Under the pieces are notes generated by a model that saw only the letters and a list, made by a program, of their open reading frames with translations, searched no databases and was not told where the DNA came from. A DNA stretch of 64,000 nt from Acidobacteriota bacterium (GTDB lineage: Bacteria > Acidobacteriota > Vicinamibacteria > Vicinamibacterales > UBA2999): positions 6,533 to 70,532 of the forward strand of contig SHUG01000002.1 of assembly GCA_009694735.1 (NCBI GenBank), written 5' to 3'. The stretch's first letter is position 1. The number at the start of each line of letters is the position of its first letter. Both the position numbers and the translations under genes were made by a program. Below, in pieces: positions 11,626 through 21,293 of this stretch.

Positions 11626-14469
11626 TTAGAGACTCACCGGTTCGGCTAAGGCATCCACGCAGCGCGGACACAGGCCGGTTCGTTCCGCGTCCTGGCTGAC
11701 GTCTGGCACGTAGCGCCAGCAGCGATCGCACTTGATGCCGTCGGCCTTCTCGACCATCACACGAACGCCCGGTTCCATTACCTTGGTCTCTTCCAACTGC
11801 CAGAAGAGTGTGTTTTTGCCGATCTCGACAGTGGAAACGCCAAACAAGGTCGGCAAGAACTCGCGGTAGTTTTCGAGTAATTCGCCAGTTGCCTCACTCG
11901 CAGCGACGGTGACTTGTGCCGACAGGTTCGCGCCAATGGTCTTATCCTTGCGCTTCTCTTCAAGCCGCAGGTTGACCTGATCGCGCACGGCGGCCAGCGA
12001 GGCCCATCGCTCGATCAACGTGGCGTCTTTCCACTGTTCCAACTCAGTCGGGAACAGCGCCATGTGCACCGATGCTTCGCGCTCGCCCGGCAACATTCGC
12101 CACAGCTCGTCCATCGTCACCGACAGGATCGGCGCGAGCAGGCGCGCCAGGCCATCGACGATGATGAACATCGCCGTCTGGCCCGACCGGCGGGCTTCCG
12201 ACTTGGCGCCGAACGTGTACATCCGGTCCTTCGTCACGTCGATGTAGAACGCGCTCAGGTCCACGGTGATCAGCTGGCTGGCCACCTGGAAGATGCCGGG
12301 GTAGTCGTAGTCGTCGTAGGCCTTGATGATGCGCTCGGCGGCGTCGGCGTATTTTGCCAGCGCCCAGCGATCGATCTCGTGCATGCGCGCCTTCGGCACC
12401 TGGTCGTCCTTGGGATCGAAGTCGTAGAGGTTGGCGACCAGCACGCGGATGACGTTGCGGATTTTCCGGTACGCCTCGACCGTGCGGGCGAGCACTTCCT
12501 TGCCCACGCGGATGTCTTCGCGGTAGTCGACCATCGACGCCCACAGCCGCAGGATCTCCGAACCGCTCTGCTTGATGATGTCCTGCGGCGCCACGGTGTT
12601 GCCGAGCGACTTCGACATCTTGCGGCCCTGGTCGTCCATCACGAAGCCGTGCGTCAGCACCTGGCTGAACGGCGCCCGGCCGCGCGTGCCGATGCCGACC
12701 AGCAGCGAGCTGTGGAACCAGCCGCGATGTTGATCGCTGCCTTCCAGGTAGATGTCGGCCGGCCAATGATGATCGGCGCGGAAGGGCAGCACCGCCTCGT
12801 GGCTGGAGCCCGAGTCGAACCAGACGTCCAGGATGTTGCTTTCGCGCTCGAACTCGGTGCCGCCGCATTCGCTGCACGCCATGCCCTCGGGCACGAACTC
12901 CGCGAGCGGCCGCTCGTACCACGCGTCGGCGCCGTAAACGTCGAACACCGCGGCAGCCTTGTCGACGAGCGCCTTGGTCAGCACCGCCTGGCCGCACTTC
13001 ATGCAGTCCATCGCCGGAATCGGCACGCCCCACACGCGCTGGCGCGAGATGCACCAATCCGGGCGGTTGGCGATCATGCCCTCGATGCGCGCCTGGCCCC
13101 ACGACGGGATCCAGCGGGTGTCGTCGATCGCCTTGAGCGCCCGCTCGCGCAGGTGCTTGGCGTCCATGGCGATGAACCACTGCGCGGTAGCGAGGAAGAT
13201 CACCGGGTTGTGGCAACGCCAGCAGTGCGGATACGAGTGCTCGAAGTCCTCGCGCGACCAGAGCAAGCCGCGCTCCTTCAGCGCGGCTTCGACCTTGGGA
13301 TTGGCATCCCACACCTTCAGCCCGGCGAACAGCTCCACCGACTCGTTGTAGTGCCCGCCCGGGTCGAGTGGGGCGTAGATCTCGAGGCCGTACTTCACGC
13401 CCGTGTGGTAGTCGTCCGCGCCGTGTCCGGGCGCGGTGTGCACCGCACCGGTGCCGGCTTCAAGTGTGACGTAGTCGCCGAGCACGCCCAGCGAGTCGCG
13501 CGCGTACAGCGGATGACGGAACACCAGCCGCTCCATCGTCTTACCCTCGAACGAGGCGAGCAGGGTGGTGAACGCGCGGCCCGTCTTCTGGCTCACGGTT
13601 TCGGCGAGGCCCTTCGCGACGATCACGACCTTGCCGTCCTTGTCCGCCGAAGCCTCGGCGGAGGTGGAGACGTCGTAGGCACCGTATTCGAAGTCGGGAT
13701 GGAACGCGACGGCCAGGTTCGATGGAATCGTCCACGGTGTGGTCGTCCAGATCAGCACCGAGACCTGGCGTCCGGCGAGCACGGGGACACGCGTCGCCAG
13801 TTCCGCATGGCCATTCTCGCTCAACGGGAACTCGACGTAGATCGATGGCGAGGTGTGCGGCTCGTACTCGACCTCGGCTTCGGCCAGCGCGGTGCGGCAG
13901 TGCGTGCACCAGTGCACCGGCTTCTTGCCCTTGTAGACCATGTCCTGCTCGACGAACTTGCCGAGCGCGCGGACGATGGCCGCCTGGTACGGATGGTTCA
14001 TCGTCTTGTAGGGCTCGGCCCACTCGCCGATTACGCCGAGACGCTTGAACTCGTTGCGCTGGATGTCGAGGTACTTGGCGGCGTACGCTTGGCACTCACG
14101 GCGGAAATCGGCCGTGCTCATCTGCCGTTTCCTGGGACCGAGCTCGCGATCGACGCGCAATTCGATCGGCAGGCCGTGACAATCCCAGCCCGGGATGTAG
14201 GGCGCGTCGAAGCCCATCATGTTGTGCGACTTGACGACCAGGTCCTTGAGGATCTTGTTGAGCGCGTGGCCGATGTGAATGTTGCCGTTGGCGTAGGGCG
14301 GGCCGTCGTGCAACAGGAACTTCTTGGCGCCTTTGCGCGCCGTGCGAATCTGTCCGTACAGGTCCATCTCGTCCCAACGGGCGATGGTTTCCGGTTCGGT
14401 GGTTTGCAGGTTCGCCTTCATCGAGAAGGACGTTCGCGGCAGGTTGCACGTGTCTTTCCAGTCGGCCAT
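11626..14469 (-). CDS. ileS: isoleucine--tRNA ligase
   Basis: HIGH motif (NIHIGHALNK), KMSKS motif and a C-terminal zinc finger (CDRCW…CPRC). The true ATG is at 14469 (MADWKDT…). The ORF extension up to 15054 is a shadow. Confidence 0.97.
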   Translation of the reverse strand: MADWKDTCNLPRTSFSMKANLQTTEPETIARWDEMDLYGQIRTARKGAKKFLLHDGPPYANGNIHIGHALNKILKDLVVKSHNMMGFDAPYIPGWDCHGLPIELRVDRELGPRKRQMSTADFRRECQAYAAKYLDIQRNEFKRLGVIGEWAEPYKTMNHPYQAAIVRALGKFVEQDMVYKGKKPVHWCTHCRTALAEAEVEYEPHTSPSIYVEFPLSENGHAELATRVPVLAGRQVSVLIWTTTPWTIPSNLAVAFHPDFEYGAYDVSTSAEASADKDGKVVIVAKGLAETVSQKTGRAFTTLLASFEGKTMERLVFRHPLYARDSLGVLGDYVTLEAGTGAVHTAPGHGADDYHTGVKYGLEIYAPLDPGGHYNESVELFAGLKVWDANPKVEAALKERGLLWSREDFEHSYPHCWRCHNPVIFLATAQWFIAMDAKHLRERALKAIDDTRWIPSWGQARIEGMIANRPDWCISRQRVWGVPIPAMDCMKCGQAVLTKALVDKAAAVFDVYGADAWYERPLAEFVPEGMACSECGGTEFERESNILDVWFDSGSSHEAVLPFRADHHWPADIYLEGSDQHRGWFHSSLLVGIGTRGRAPFSQVLTHGFVMDDQGRKMSKSLGNTVAPQDIIKQSGSEILRLWASMVDYREDIRVGKEVLARTVEAYRKIRNVIRVLVANLYDFDPKDDQVPKARMHEIDRWALAKYADAAERIIKAYDDYDYPGIFQVASQLITVDLSAFYIDVTKDRMYTFGAKSEARRSGQTAMFIIVDGLARLLAPILSVTMDELWRMLPGEREASVHMALFPTELEQWKDATLIERWASLAAVRDQVNLRLEEKRKDKTIGANLSAQVTVAASEATGELLENYREFLPTLFGVSTVEIGKNTLFWQLEETKVMEPGVRVMVEKADGIKCDRCWRYVPDVSQDAERTGLCPRCVDALAEPVSL

Positions 14470-14492
14470 AGCGTCTCTGTATTGTAGTGTGA

Positions 14493-14524
14493 GGGCTTGG
14501 GGCTTGAGACTTGGGGCTTGGGGG
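14493..14524. repeat. heptanucleotide array GGGCTTG (GGGCTTG x2, AGACTTG, GGGCTTG, GGGG…)
   Basis: Read directly from the sequence. It lies in the ileS / M16 peptidase divergent intergenic region. Confidence 0.9.
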
Positions 14525-15852
14525 AAGGCGTGGCGATTCGCGAAACGGTCCTGGATAACGGCTTGAAGGTGCTCGTGCAGGAGGTTCACACCGCCCCGCT
14601 GGCGTCGGTGTGGTGCTGGTACCGCGTGGGGTCGAAGGACGAAACGCCCGGCGTCACCGGCGTCTCTCACTGGGTCGAGCACATGAACTTCAAGGGCACC
14701 CGGAACATTCCCCGGGACCAGGTGAAGGGCATCATCGAGAAGTTCGGTGGCAGCTGGAACGGCTACACCTGGATTGACCAGACGACCTATCTCGAAACGG
14801 CGTCGAAGGACGCCCTCGACCGCATGCTGTTCATCGAGGCCGAGCGCATGGACGCCTGCCTCTACGACCCGGCCGACTGTGAGTCGGAGCGGACGGTGAT
14901 CATCTCGGAGCTGCAAGGCGGCGAGAACGACCCCGAGCAACTGCTCGACACCGAGGTGACCGCTGCCGCCTTCAAGGTGCACCCGTATCACCACCCGACC
15001 ATCGGCTGGTTGTCGGACCTGCAGACCATGACGCGCGAGGACCTTTACGGCCACTATCGCCGGTTCTACGTCCCCGCCAACGCCACGATCGTCGTGGTCG
15101 GCGACGTCGAGACCGATGATGTGGTGAAGCGGGTGTCAGCGCAGTTTGGCGGCATTGCCTCGGGCGCGCGCAAGGCGGCCGTGCGCCAGGTGGAGCCCGA
15201 GCAGCAGGCCGAGCGTCGCGTGGTGCTGCGCAAAGAAGGCACCGCCGCCTACTGGAAGGCCGTGTTTCACGCGCCGGCGTTTGCGGACGAAGCCTTTTTC
15301 CCGCTGCTGGTGGCCGACGCCGTGCTCAACGGCGCCGCGGGCCTGAACATCTGGTCCGGGGGCGGCGTGTCGCGGCCACAGCGCAGCGCGCGGTTGTACC
15401 GGACGCTGGTGGATGGCGGTCTTGCCTCGAGCGTGAGCGGCGGATTGATGCCGACGGAGCATCCCTACCTCTATTCGCTCAGCGTTAGCGTGGCCGAAGG
15501 CGGTTCCCTCGCGGCCGTCGAGGACGCCGTGCTGAAGGAGGTGGCGCGTCTGCGACACGACGGCATCACCCCGGCGGAGTTGACCAAGGTCAACGCGCAG
15601 CTACGGGCGCGGTTTGTCTATGACGGCGACAGCGTGACCGACATCGCGCACCAGTTGGGCTATTTCGAAACGATCGGATCGTGGCGGAACTATCACGATC
15701 TGCGTGCCCGGCTCGAGGCGGTGACGGCCGAGGCGGTGCACGCCGCCGCCGTGAAGTACTTGACCCCTGCGAACCGGACCATCGGTTGGTTTGAACCGCA
15801 AGCCGGGATCGGGGATCCGGGATCCGGGATCCGGACAGGGTCATCGAAGTGA
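14497..15852 (+). CDS. M16 (pitrilysin) family zinc peptidase, catalytic subunit
   Basis: Inverted zinc motif HWVEH followed by NFKGT. The TTG start at 14497 lies inside the GGGCTTG array. A GTG at 14530 (VAIRETVLDNGLKVL) is an equally plausible start. Confidence 0.88.
   Translation: MGLETWGLGEGVAIRETVLDNGLKVLVQEVHTAPLASVWCWYRVGSKDETPGVTGVSHWVEHMNFKGTRNIPRDQVKGIIEKFGGSWNGYTWIDQTTYLETASKDALDRMLFIEAERMDACLYDPADCESERTVIISELQGGENDPEQLLDTEVTAAAFKVHPYHHPTIGWLSDLQTMTREDLYGHYRRFYVPANATIVVVGDVETDDVVKRVSAQFGGIASGARKAAVRQVEPEQQAERRVVLRKEGTAAYWKAVFHAPAFADEAFFPLLVADAVLNGAAGLNIWSGGGVSRPQRSARLYRTLVDGGLASSVSGGLMPTEHPYLYSLSVSVAEGGSLAAVEDAVLKEVARLRHDGITPAELTKVNAQLRARFVYDGDSVTDIAHQLGYFETIGSWRNYHDLRARLEAVTAEAVHAAAVKYLTPANRTIGWFEPQAGIGDPGSGIRTGSSK
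15805..15839. repeat. heptanucleotide array (GGGATCG, GGGATCC x3, GGACAGG)
   Basis: Read directly from the sequence. It encodes the C-terminal tail (GIGDPGSGIRTG) of the first M16 gene, just before the GTGA junction with the second. Confidence 0.9.
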
Positions 15853-17222
15853 CAAGCAACGGGCTCCACCCGGCGCGAACGGTGCTCGACAACGGCGTGA
15901 CGGTGATCGCCAAGGCGAATCACACGACGCCGGCCGTGAGCTTGCTGATCGGCGTGCGCGCCGGCGCCTATGCCGACCCACCCGATCGCGAAGGCACGGC
16001 GGCGCTGTGCGCGCGAGTGCTCGACCGTGGCACGGTCACGCGCCCGGCCGAGGTCATCGCCGACGACCTCGATGGTCGCGGCGCCTCGTTGTCGGTCGTC
16101 ACCGGCCGCCACCAGATGGCCATCAGCGCAACCTGCTTGTCGGACGATTTCGGAGCCGTGCTCGGCCTCGCCGCCGACATTGCCCGCCACCCGGCTTTCC
16201 CCGACGCCGAAGTGACCACGCGGCGCGCCGACTTGATCACCTCGATCCGGCAGGACGAAGACAACCCGGCGCCGATGGCCGTCGACGCCTTCGCGCGCGC
16301 CTTGTATGGCTCGCATCCCTACGCTCGTAAGGTTCGTGGCAGCGTCACGACGGTCGAGAGTATTCGCCGGCAAGACCTGGTGCGCTTCTACCAGAAGGGT
16401 TTCCAGCCGCACTTCATCACTGTCGTCGCGGTGGGCGATGTCGCGGAAGAGGTGGCGATTGCCGCGATCGCCAAGGTGTTCGGCGATTGGTCCTCCTTCG
16501 CCAAGGCTACGGAGGACAAGTCCGCCTCCGTTCGTGGGGACAAACCTTTCTTGTCCGCCGAAGCGCTTGGCGCGAAGGTGGAAGGTTTGTCCGGCCCCGA
16601 CGCCGTGCTCGTGCCCGATGCCATCGCGCCAACCGAGCGCCGCCTAGTCACCGTGCCGATGATGAACAAGGCGCAGGCCGACCTCGCCTATGGCTTTGCC
16701 GGCATCCGCCGCTCGCACCCGGAATTCCCGGCGTTCTCGGTGATGAACAACGCGCTCGGCCAATATGCGATTGGCGGGCGCCTGGGCGACCGCATTCGCG
16801 AGCGGCAAGGCATGGCCTATTACGTCTTCAGCTCGCTTGACGCGAGCCTGGGCGCCGGGCCGTTCACCATCCGCGCCGGCGTCTCGGCCGACAACGTCGA
16901 GCGCGCCATCGCCTCGATCGATACCGAGCTGGCGATGGTCCTGGAGTCCGGCTTTACGGCCCAGGAAATCGACGAGTCAAAAAGCTACCTGGTCGGCTCG
17001 TTGCCGCGACAGCTCGAGACCAACGCCGCGATCGCCTCCTTCCTGCTGAATGCCGATTTCTTCGACCTTGGCCTCGATTACGATGTGCGCTTGCCCGGGC
17101 TGATTCAGTCGGTGACCCTCGAGGCGGCCAACGCCGCCGCGCGCCAACTGCTCGATCCGTCGCGGGCCACCATTGCCGTCGCCGGGCCATGGATAAAGAC
17201 AGCCACGGATTTGCACAGATGA
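15849..17222 (+). CDS. M16 family peptidase, non-catalytic partner subunit
   Basis: M16 fold similar to the upstream gene but without HxxEH. The GTG start overlaps the upstream TGA. Confidence 0.85.
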   Translation: MTSNGLHPARTVLDNGVTVIAKANHTTPAVSLLIGVRAGAYADPPDREGTAALCARVLDRGTVTRPAEVIADDLDGRGASLSVVTGRHQMAISATCLSDDFGAVLGLAADIARHPAFPDAEVTTRRADLITSIRQDEDNPAPMAVDAFARALYGSHPYARKVRGSVTTVESIRRQDLVRFYQKGFQPHFITVVAVGDVAEEVAIAAIAKVFGDWSSFAKATEDKSASVRGDKPFLSAEALGAKVEGLSGPDAVLVPDAIAPTERRLVTVPMMNKAQADLAYGFAGIRRSHPEFPAFSVMNNALGQYAIGGRLGDRIRERQGMAYYVFSSLDASLGAGPFTIRAGVSADNVERAIASIDTELAMVLESGFTAQEIDESKSYLVGSLPRQLETNAAIASFLLNADFFDLGLDYDVRLPGLIQSVTLEAANAAARQLLDPSRATIAVAGPWIKTATDLHR

Positions 17223-17914
17223 ACACAGATCAAATACGAGCTGTGTTTTTCGACGTCGACTTCACCCTGATCTATCCCGGGCCGACGTTCCAGGCCGAGG
17301 GCTACCGGCAGGCGTGCGCGGCCAGCGGCATCGAGGTCGATCCCGCCCGTTTCGAGCACGCCACTGCCGCCTCCTCATTCATCCTCGATGAAGTCGAAGA
17401 GCAGATCTACAACCACGATCTCTTCGTCCATTACACGGCCTCGATCATCGAGCACATGGGCGGCCGCGGGCCGAACGTGGTGGCGGTGGCGCGTCGCATC
17501 TACGATCAGTGGGCTGTCAATCACCACTTCGAGATGTACGACGATGCGGCGCCGGTGTTGAGGGGCTTGCAGGAGCGCGGGTTGAAGGTGGGGGTGATCT
17601 CGAACTCGCACCGCAGCCTCGATGCCTTCCGCGAACATTTCTCGCTCACGGGCTTGATCCACGTCTCGGTGTCCTCGTCTGAGCACGGCTACATGAAGCC
17701 GCACCGCAGCATCTTCGACGCCGCGCTGGAGCGGGCGGGGGTGCAGGCCGCCGAGTCGCTGATGGTCGGCGACAGCCTGAAGCACGATGTGGAAGGGGCG
17801 CTCAAGGCGGGTATGCGGGCCGTGTTGCTACGCCGATCGGGCGAGGTGCCGGCGGGACTGCCGGCAGGTGTTCCAGTGATTCAAACGCTGGCGCAGTTGG
17901 ACCAACTGCTGTGA
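17219..17914 (+). CDS. HAD-superfamily hydrolase
   Basis: Motif I FFDVDFTL. The ATG at 17219 forms an ATGA overlap with the upstream stop. Motif IV GDSLKHD is present. Confidence 0.85.
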   Translation: MNTDQIRAVFFDVDFTLIYPGPTFQAEGYRQACAASGIEVDPARFEHATAASSFILDEVEEQIYNHDLFVHYTASIIEHMGGRGPNVVAVARRIYDQWAVNHHFEMYDDAAPVLRGLQERGLKVGVISNSHRSLDAFREHFSLTGLIHVSVSSSEHGYMKPHRSIFDAALERAGVQAAESLMVGDSLKHDVEGALKAGMRAVLLRRSGEVPAGLPAGVPVIQTLAQLDQLL

Positions 17915-18753
17915 TCAACATGACTGACATTCGCCTTCGCGACCTCAAGACCATCGACGAGTTCCGGCAAGTGGTGGATCTCGAGCACGCCATCTGGGGC
18001 TACACCGACAGCGCGGACGTGGTCACCGTTCCGGTATTCATCTTCACCGTGAAGCGCGGCGCCACCCTGATCGGCGCGTTCGATGCCGATGGCCGCATGG
18101 TCGGTTTTGCCTACGCGGTGGTCGGGATGAAGGACGGCCGGCCGATGCTGTGGTCGCACATGACCGGGGTGCTGCCCGACTATCGCGGCGGGCTGGGCTA
18201 CCGCCTGAAGCTGGAGCAGCGCTCACGCGCTCTGGCGCTGGACTACGAGTTGATCGAGTGGACCTTCGACCCCATGCAGGCGATGAACGCGCACCTCAAC
18301 TTCGCGAAACTGGGCGGCGTGGTCGAGGAATACGCGGAGAATTTCTACGGCGAGTCGACCAGCGCCCTGCACCGCGGCACGCCCACCGATCGCCTGATCG
18401 TCAGCTGGCGCATAGGTGAGCCGCACGTGACGCGGCGGCTGGAGCAAACCCCAGGACTCACCGCCCGGTCTCATGAGGTAGGGGAAGCTCCCGTGGCGAA
18501 CGTGACCTCCATGGACGGGGATTGGCGTGAAGTCAGGACGATCGACCTCACCGTGACCGAGCGGCGGCTCTGGATCGAGATCCCGACTGGCTTCACGCAG
18601 ATGCAGCAGCAGGCACCGGAACGAGCGCTCCAGTGGCGCCTGCACGTGCGCCAGCTGTTCCAGCATTACTTCGCGAACGGCTACCGCGCGGTCGATTTCG
18701 TGCTGCAACGCGACGCCGGCTTTGGGCGCTACTTGCTGGCTAGAAAAGACTAG
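17911..18753 (+). CDS. GNAT-like acyltransferase family protein (tentative)
   Basis: The conserved-looking block GLGYRLKLEQR…IEWTFDPMQAMNAHLNFAKLGG resembles GNAT-fold proteins from memory. It has not been verified by a search. Confidence 0.55.
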   Translation: MINMTDIRLRDLKTIDEFRQVVDLEHAIWGYTDSADVVTVPVFIFTVKRGATLIGAFDADGRMVGFAYAVVGMKDGRPMLWSHMTGVLPDYRGGLGYRLKLEQRSRALALDYELIEWTFDPMQAMNAHLNFAKLGGVVEEYAENFYGESTSALHRGTPTDRLIVSWRIGEPHVTRRLEQTPGLTARSHEVGEAPVANVTSMDGDWREVRTIDLTVTERRLWIEIPTGFTQMQQQAPERALQWRLHVRQLFQHYFANGYRAVDFVLQRDAGFGRYLLARKD

Positions 18754-18765
18754 CCGCCAGCCACC

Positions 18766-19107
18766 TCATCCCGGGGGCCAGGTCATCGTGCGTCCACCGA
18801 GCACGTGCAGGTGGAGATGGAACACCGTCTGGCCCGCTTGCCCATTGCAGTTGAAGACGGTCCGGTAGCCTGGACCGTCGAAGCTCTTTTCCTTGGCGAG
18901 CGCCGCCGCCCGCCGCACCATCGCGCCCACCAGCCCATCATCGCTTGCCGACAGGTCGTTGAGTGTTGCGACGTGCCGTTTTGGCACCACCAGTACGTGC
19001 ATCGGCGCTTGCGGGTTGATGTCGTTGAAGGCGATCAGCTGATCGTCCTCGTAGACTTTTGAGGCGGGGATCTCGCCCGCGATGATCTTGCAAAACAGGC
19101 AACTCAT
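18766..19107 (-). CDS. HIT-family (histidine triad) nucleotide hydrolase
   Basis: Starts MSCLFCKII and carries the HLHLHVLGG triad. The ORF extension up to 20025 is a shadow of the AAA gene region. Confidence 0.93.
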   Translation of the reverse strand: MSCLFCKIIAGEIPASKVYEDDQLIAFNDINPQAPMHVLVVPKRHVATLNDLSASDDGLVGAMVRRAAALAKEKSFDGPGYRTVFNCNGQAGQTVFHLHLHVLGGRTMTWPPG

Positions 19108-19183
19108 GAAGCTATGGTGCCTCGGGTGCGTACGGTGCCACAAGTGCCAACCGTGCTGGTGCCAAGTGTACCGGGCGCGCGGC

Positions 19184-20338
19184 TTATGGTCGGCGGAGGG
19201 CCGCGGGCAGCTCACCGATCGCCTGGAGCGGCCACGCCGTAATGCGCTCGTCGATCCGATAACGATGCTCGCCAGGATAGACAATCCACAGGTGATCGAG
19301 CGCGAGGTCCTCGAGTGCCATGCGCATCGACCGGGTCGTGGCCGGCGCGTCGCTGAACTTGACCTCGACACCGTAGCGGCGGCCGTTGACGACGAAGAAG
19401 AGGTCCAGTTCCGCGCCGCCGTGGGTGCCCCAGTAGTACGCCTCGGACGGCCGGACGGCCGCGAGGACCTGCTCGATGGCGAAGCCCTCCCAGGAGGCGC
19501 CGACTCGCGGATGCCCGAGCAGCGCGCTTCGATCGTGAAGATCGAGCAGGCTGTGCAGCACCCCCGAATCGCGCAGGTAGATCTTCGGCGCCTTGATCTG
19601 CCGCTTGCCGAGGTTCTGGTGCCACGGCTGCAGTTGCCGCACCATGAACGTGCCGGTGAGGATGTCGAGATACGTCCGGACGGTCTTGTCGGTGAGGCCC
19701 ATCGACCGGGCCAGCTCCGAACTGTTCCAGGTCTGGCCGTGATAGTGCGCGAGCATGGTCCAGAACCGGCGCATGGCCGCCGCCGGAATGGTAATGCCCA
19801 GTTGTGGAATGTCGCGTTCGAGAAACGTGCGAATGAAGCCCTCGCGCCACTTGACGCTATCGGCCAACGACCGTGCCAGGTAGGCGCGCGGGAAGCCGCC
19901 TCGGAGCCAGAGCCGCTCCCACGACTCGCTGCCGCTCTCTGCCAGGTCGAAACCCGATAGTGCGATGAATTCGATCCGGCCGGCGAGGGATTCGGATACG
20001 CCCCGCACCAGCGCGGGCGAGGCACTCCCCAGCACGAGAAACCGCGGCGGCCGCTCGGGCCGGTCCACCAGCACCCTCAGGACGCTGAACAACTCGGGCC
20101 GGGCCTGCAGCTCGTCAAGGATGATCAGCCGCTGTTCGCGTCCAAGCACCAGCTCAGGGTTCTCGAGCCGGCGGCGATCGCTTGGCGACTCCAGATCGAA
20201 GTAGATCGCACTTCGACGGGCGGCGACCTGTCGGGCCAAGGTGGTCTTGCCGCACTGCCGCGGCCCGAGCAGCGCGGTGACCGGCGACCGCCGGATCGCG
20301 GCCTCGATCGCGCCGACGCGGTCATGCCTGTCTCTCAT
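19184..20338 (-). CDS. AAA+ ATPase with DUF4143-like C-terminal domain
   Basis: Walker A GPRQCGKTT and Walker B LIILDELQ. The architecture is typical of the AAA_14/DUF4143 family. It is preceded by an AT-rich promoter island. Confidence 0.85.
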   Translation of the reverse strand: MRDRHDRVGAIEAAIRRSPVTALLGPRQCGKTTLARQVAARRSAIYFDLESPSDRRRLENPELVLGREQRLIILDELQARPELFSVLRVLVDRPERPPRFLVLGSASPALVRGVSESLAGRIEFIALSGFDLAESGSESWERLWLRGGFPRAYLARSLADSVKWREGFIRTFLERDIPQLGITIPAAAMRRFWTMLAHYHGQTWNSSELARSMGLTDKTVRTYLDILTGTFMVRQLQPWHQNLGKRQIKAPKIYLRDSGVLHSLLDLHDRSALLGHPRVGASWEGFAIEQVLAAVRPSEAYYWGTHGGAELDLFFVVNGRRYGVEVKFSDAPATTRSMRMALEDLALDHLWIVYPGEHRYRIDERITAWPLQAIGELPAALRRP

Positions 20339-20410
20339 CTGGCGTGAAATGTTAACATGATTATTCGGATATTAATTCCGAAATTTCACACTTAATTATT
20401 CCTGGCTTTT
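20339..20410 (-). promoter_or_regulatory. AT-rich promoter/operator candidate for the AAA+ ATPase gene
   Basis: A sharp AT-rich patch in an otherwise GC-rich window. Inverted repeat GTGAAAT (20344-20350) / ATTTCAC (20383-20389) flanks CGGA-TATTAAT-TCCG (20366-20380). Confidence 0.4.
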
Positions 20411-20444
20411 GGCCACGTCCGCTGCGCTTACGCCGCCGGCCGGC

Positions 20445-21293
20445 TCATCCTGTGGGTTGACGCTCGATGGCGGCGATGCGGGGGATGCCCTGGAGGTCGT
20501 TGCTGATGCGCAGCAGCGACAGCCCGCTATCGCCAGTGATCAGGTCGCGCACGGCGCCGGCCTGGGTGTGGCCGATCTCCATCAGCAGCAGGCCGCCGGG
20601 ACTCAGCATTCGGCTGGCGGTCGTCAGCACCAGGCGGATATCGGTGAGGCCGTCGGTGCCGGCGGTCAGGGCAGAGCGTGGCTCGTAGCTGCGGACTTCA
20701 GGCTCGAGCTCAGCGTACTCGTCATCGGTGACGTATGGCGGGTTCGACACGATCAGGTCGAACGGACCGTCGATGCCGTCAAGGTAGCGCGTCTGCCTGA
20801 ACTCAACCCGATCGCTGACGGCATGGCGGCGGGCATTGGCCCGCGCGACCTCGAGCGCCGGCGCGGAGATGTCGGTGGCGACCAGCCGCGCGCGCCGACA
20901 CTCGGCGGCCAGCGTGATCGCCAGGCAGCCGCTGCCGGTGCCAATGTCGGCGGCGACACCGAATACGCTCGACAGCGCGATCTCGACAATCAATTCGGTT
21001 TCAGGACGCGGAATGAGCACGGCCGGCGAGACCGCGAAATCCCGGTTCCAGAATTCCTGCACGCCGGTGATGTAAGCGATCGGTTCGCGTCGCGATCGCC
21101 GCTGGATCGCCGTTTGATGGGCGGCCGCGAACGTCTCGGGTGGCGGGTCCGTGTCGCGGGCGTGGATGGTGGCGCGGTCCCATCCCAGGACGTGCATGGC
21201 GAGCAGCAGCACGTCGCGGGCAGCCTCGGACGGTTCGATGCCCGCCGCCACCAGCGCCGCCTTCGCCGCGGTGAGGTGTTGGCGGAGCGTCAC
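20445..21293 (-). CDS. prmC: release factor glutamine methyltransferase
   Basis: VSNPPYV motif and SAM motif DIGTGSG. It overlaps the prfA stop by 4 nt. Confidence 0.92.
   Translation of the reverse strand: MTLRQHLTAAKAALVAAGIEPSEAARDVLLLAMHVLGWDRATIHARDTDPPPETFAAAHQTAIQRRSRREPIAYITGVQEFWNRDFAVSPAVLIPRPETELIVEIALSSVFGVAADIGTGSGCLAITLAAECRRARLVATDISAPALEVARANARRHAVSDRVEFRQTRYLDGIDGPFDLIVSNPPYVTDDEYAELEPEVRSYEPRSALTAGTDGLTDIRLVLTTASRMLSPGGLLLMEIGHTQAGAVRDLITGDSGLSLLRISNDLQGIPRIAAIERQPTG

Noticed and set aside
14470-15054. N-terminal 195-codon extension of the ileS ORF. Similar extensions occur on thiD (to 24245), HIT (to 20025), the NHL gene (to 5298), the DUF2911 gene (to 39604) and the antiporter gene (to 47384).
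   Set aside because: The extensions overlap divergent genes or are compositionally junk. Internal ATGs give canonical N-termini, signal peptides or ribosome-binding sites.
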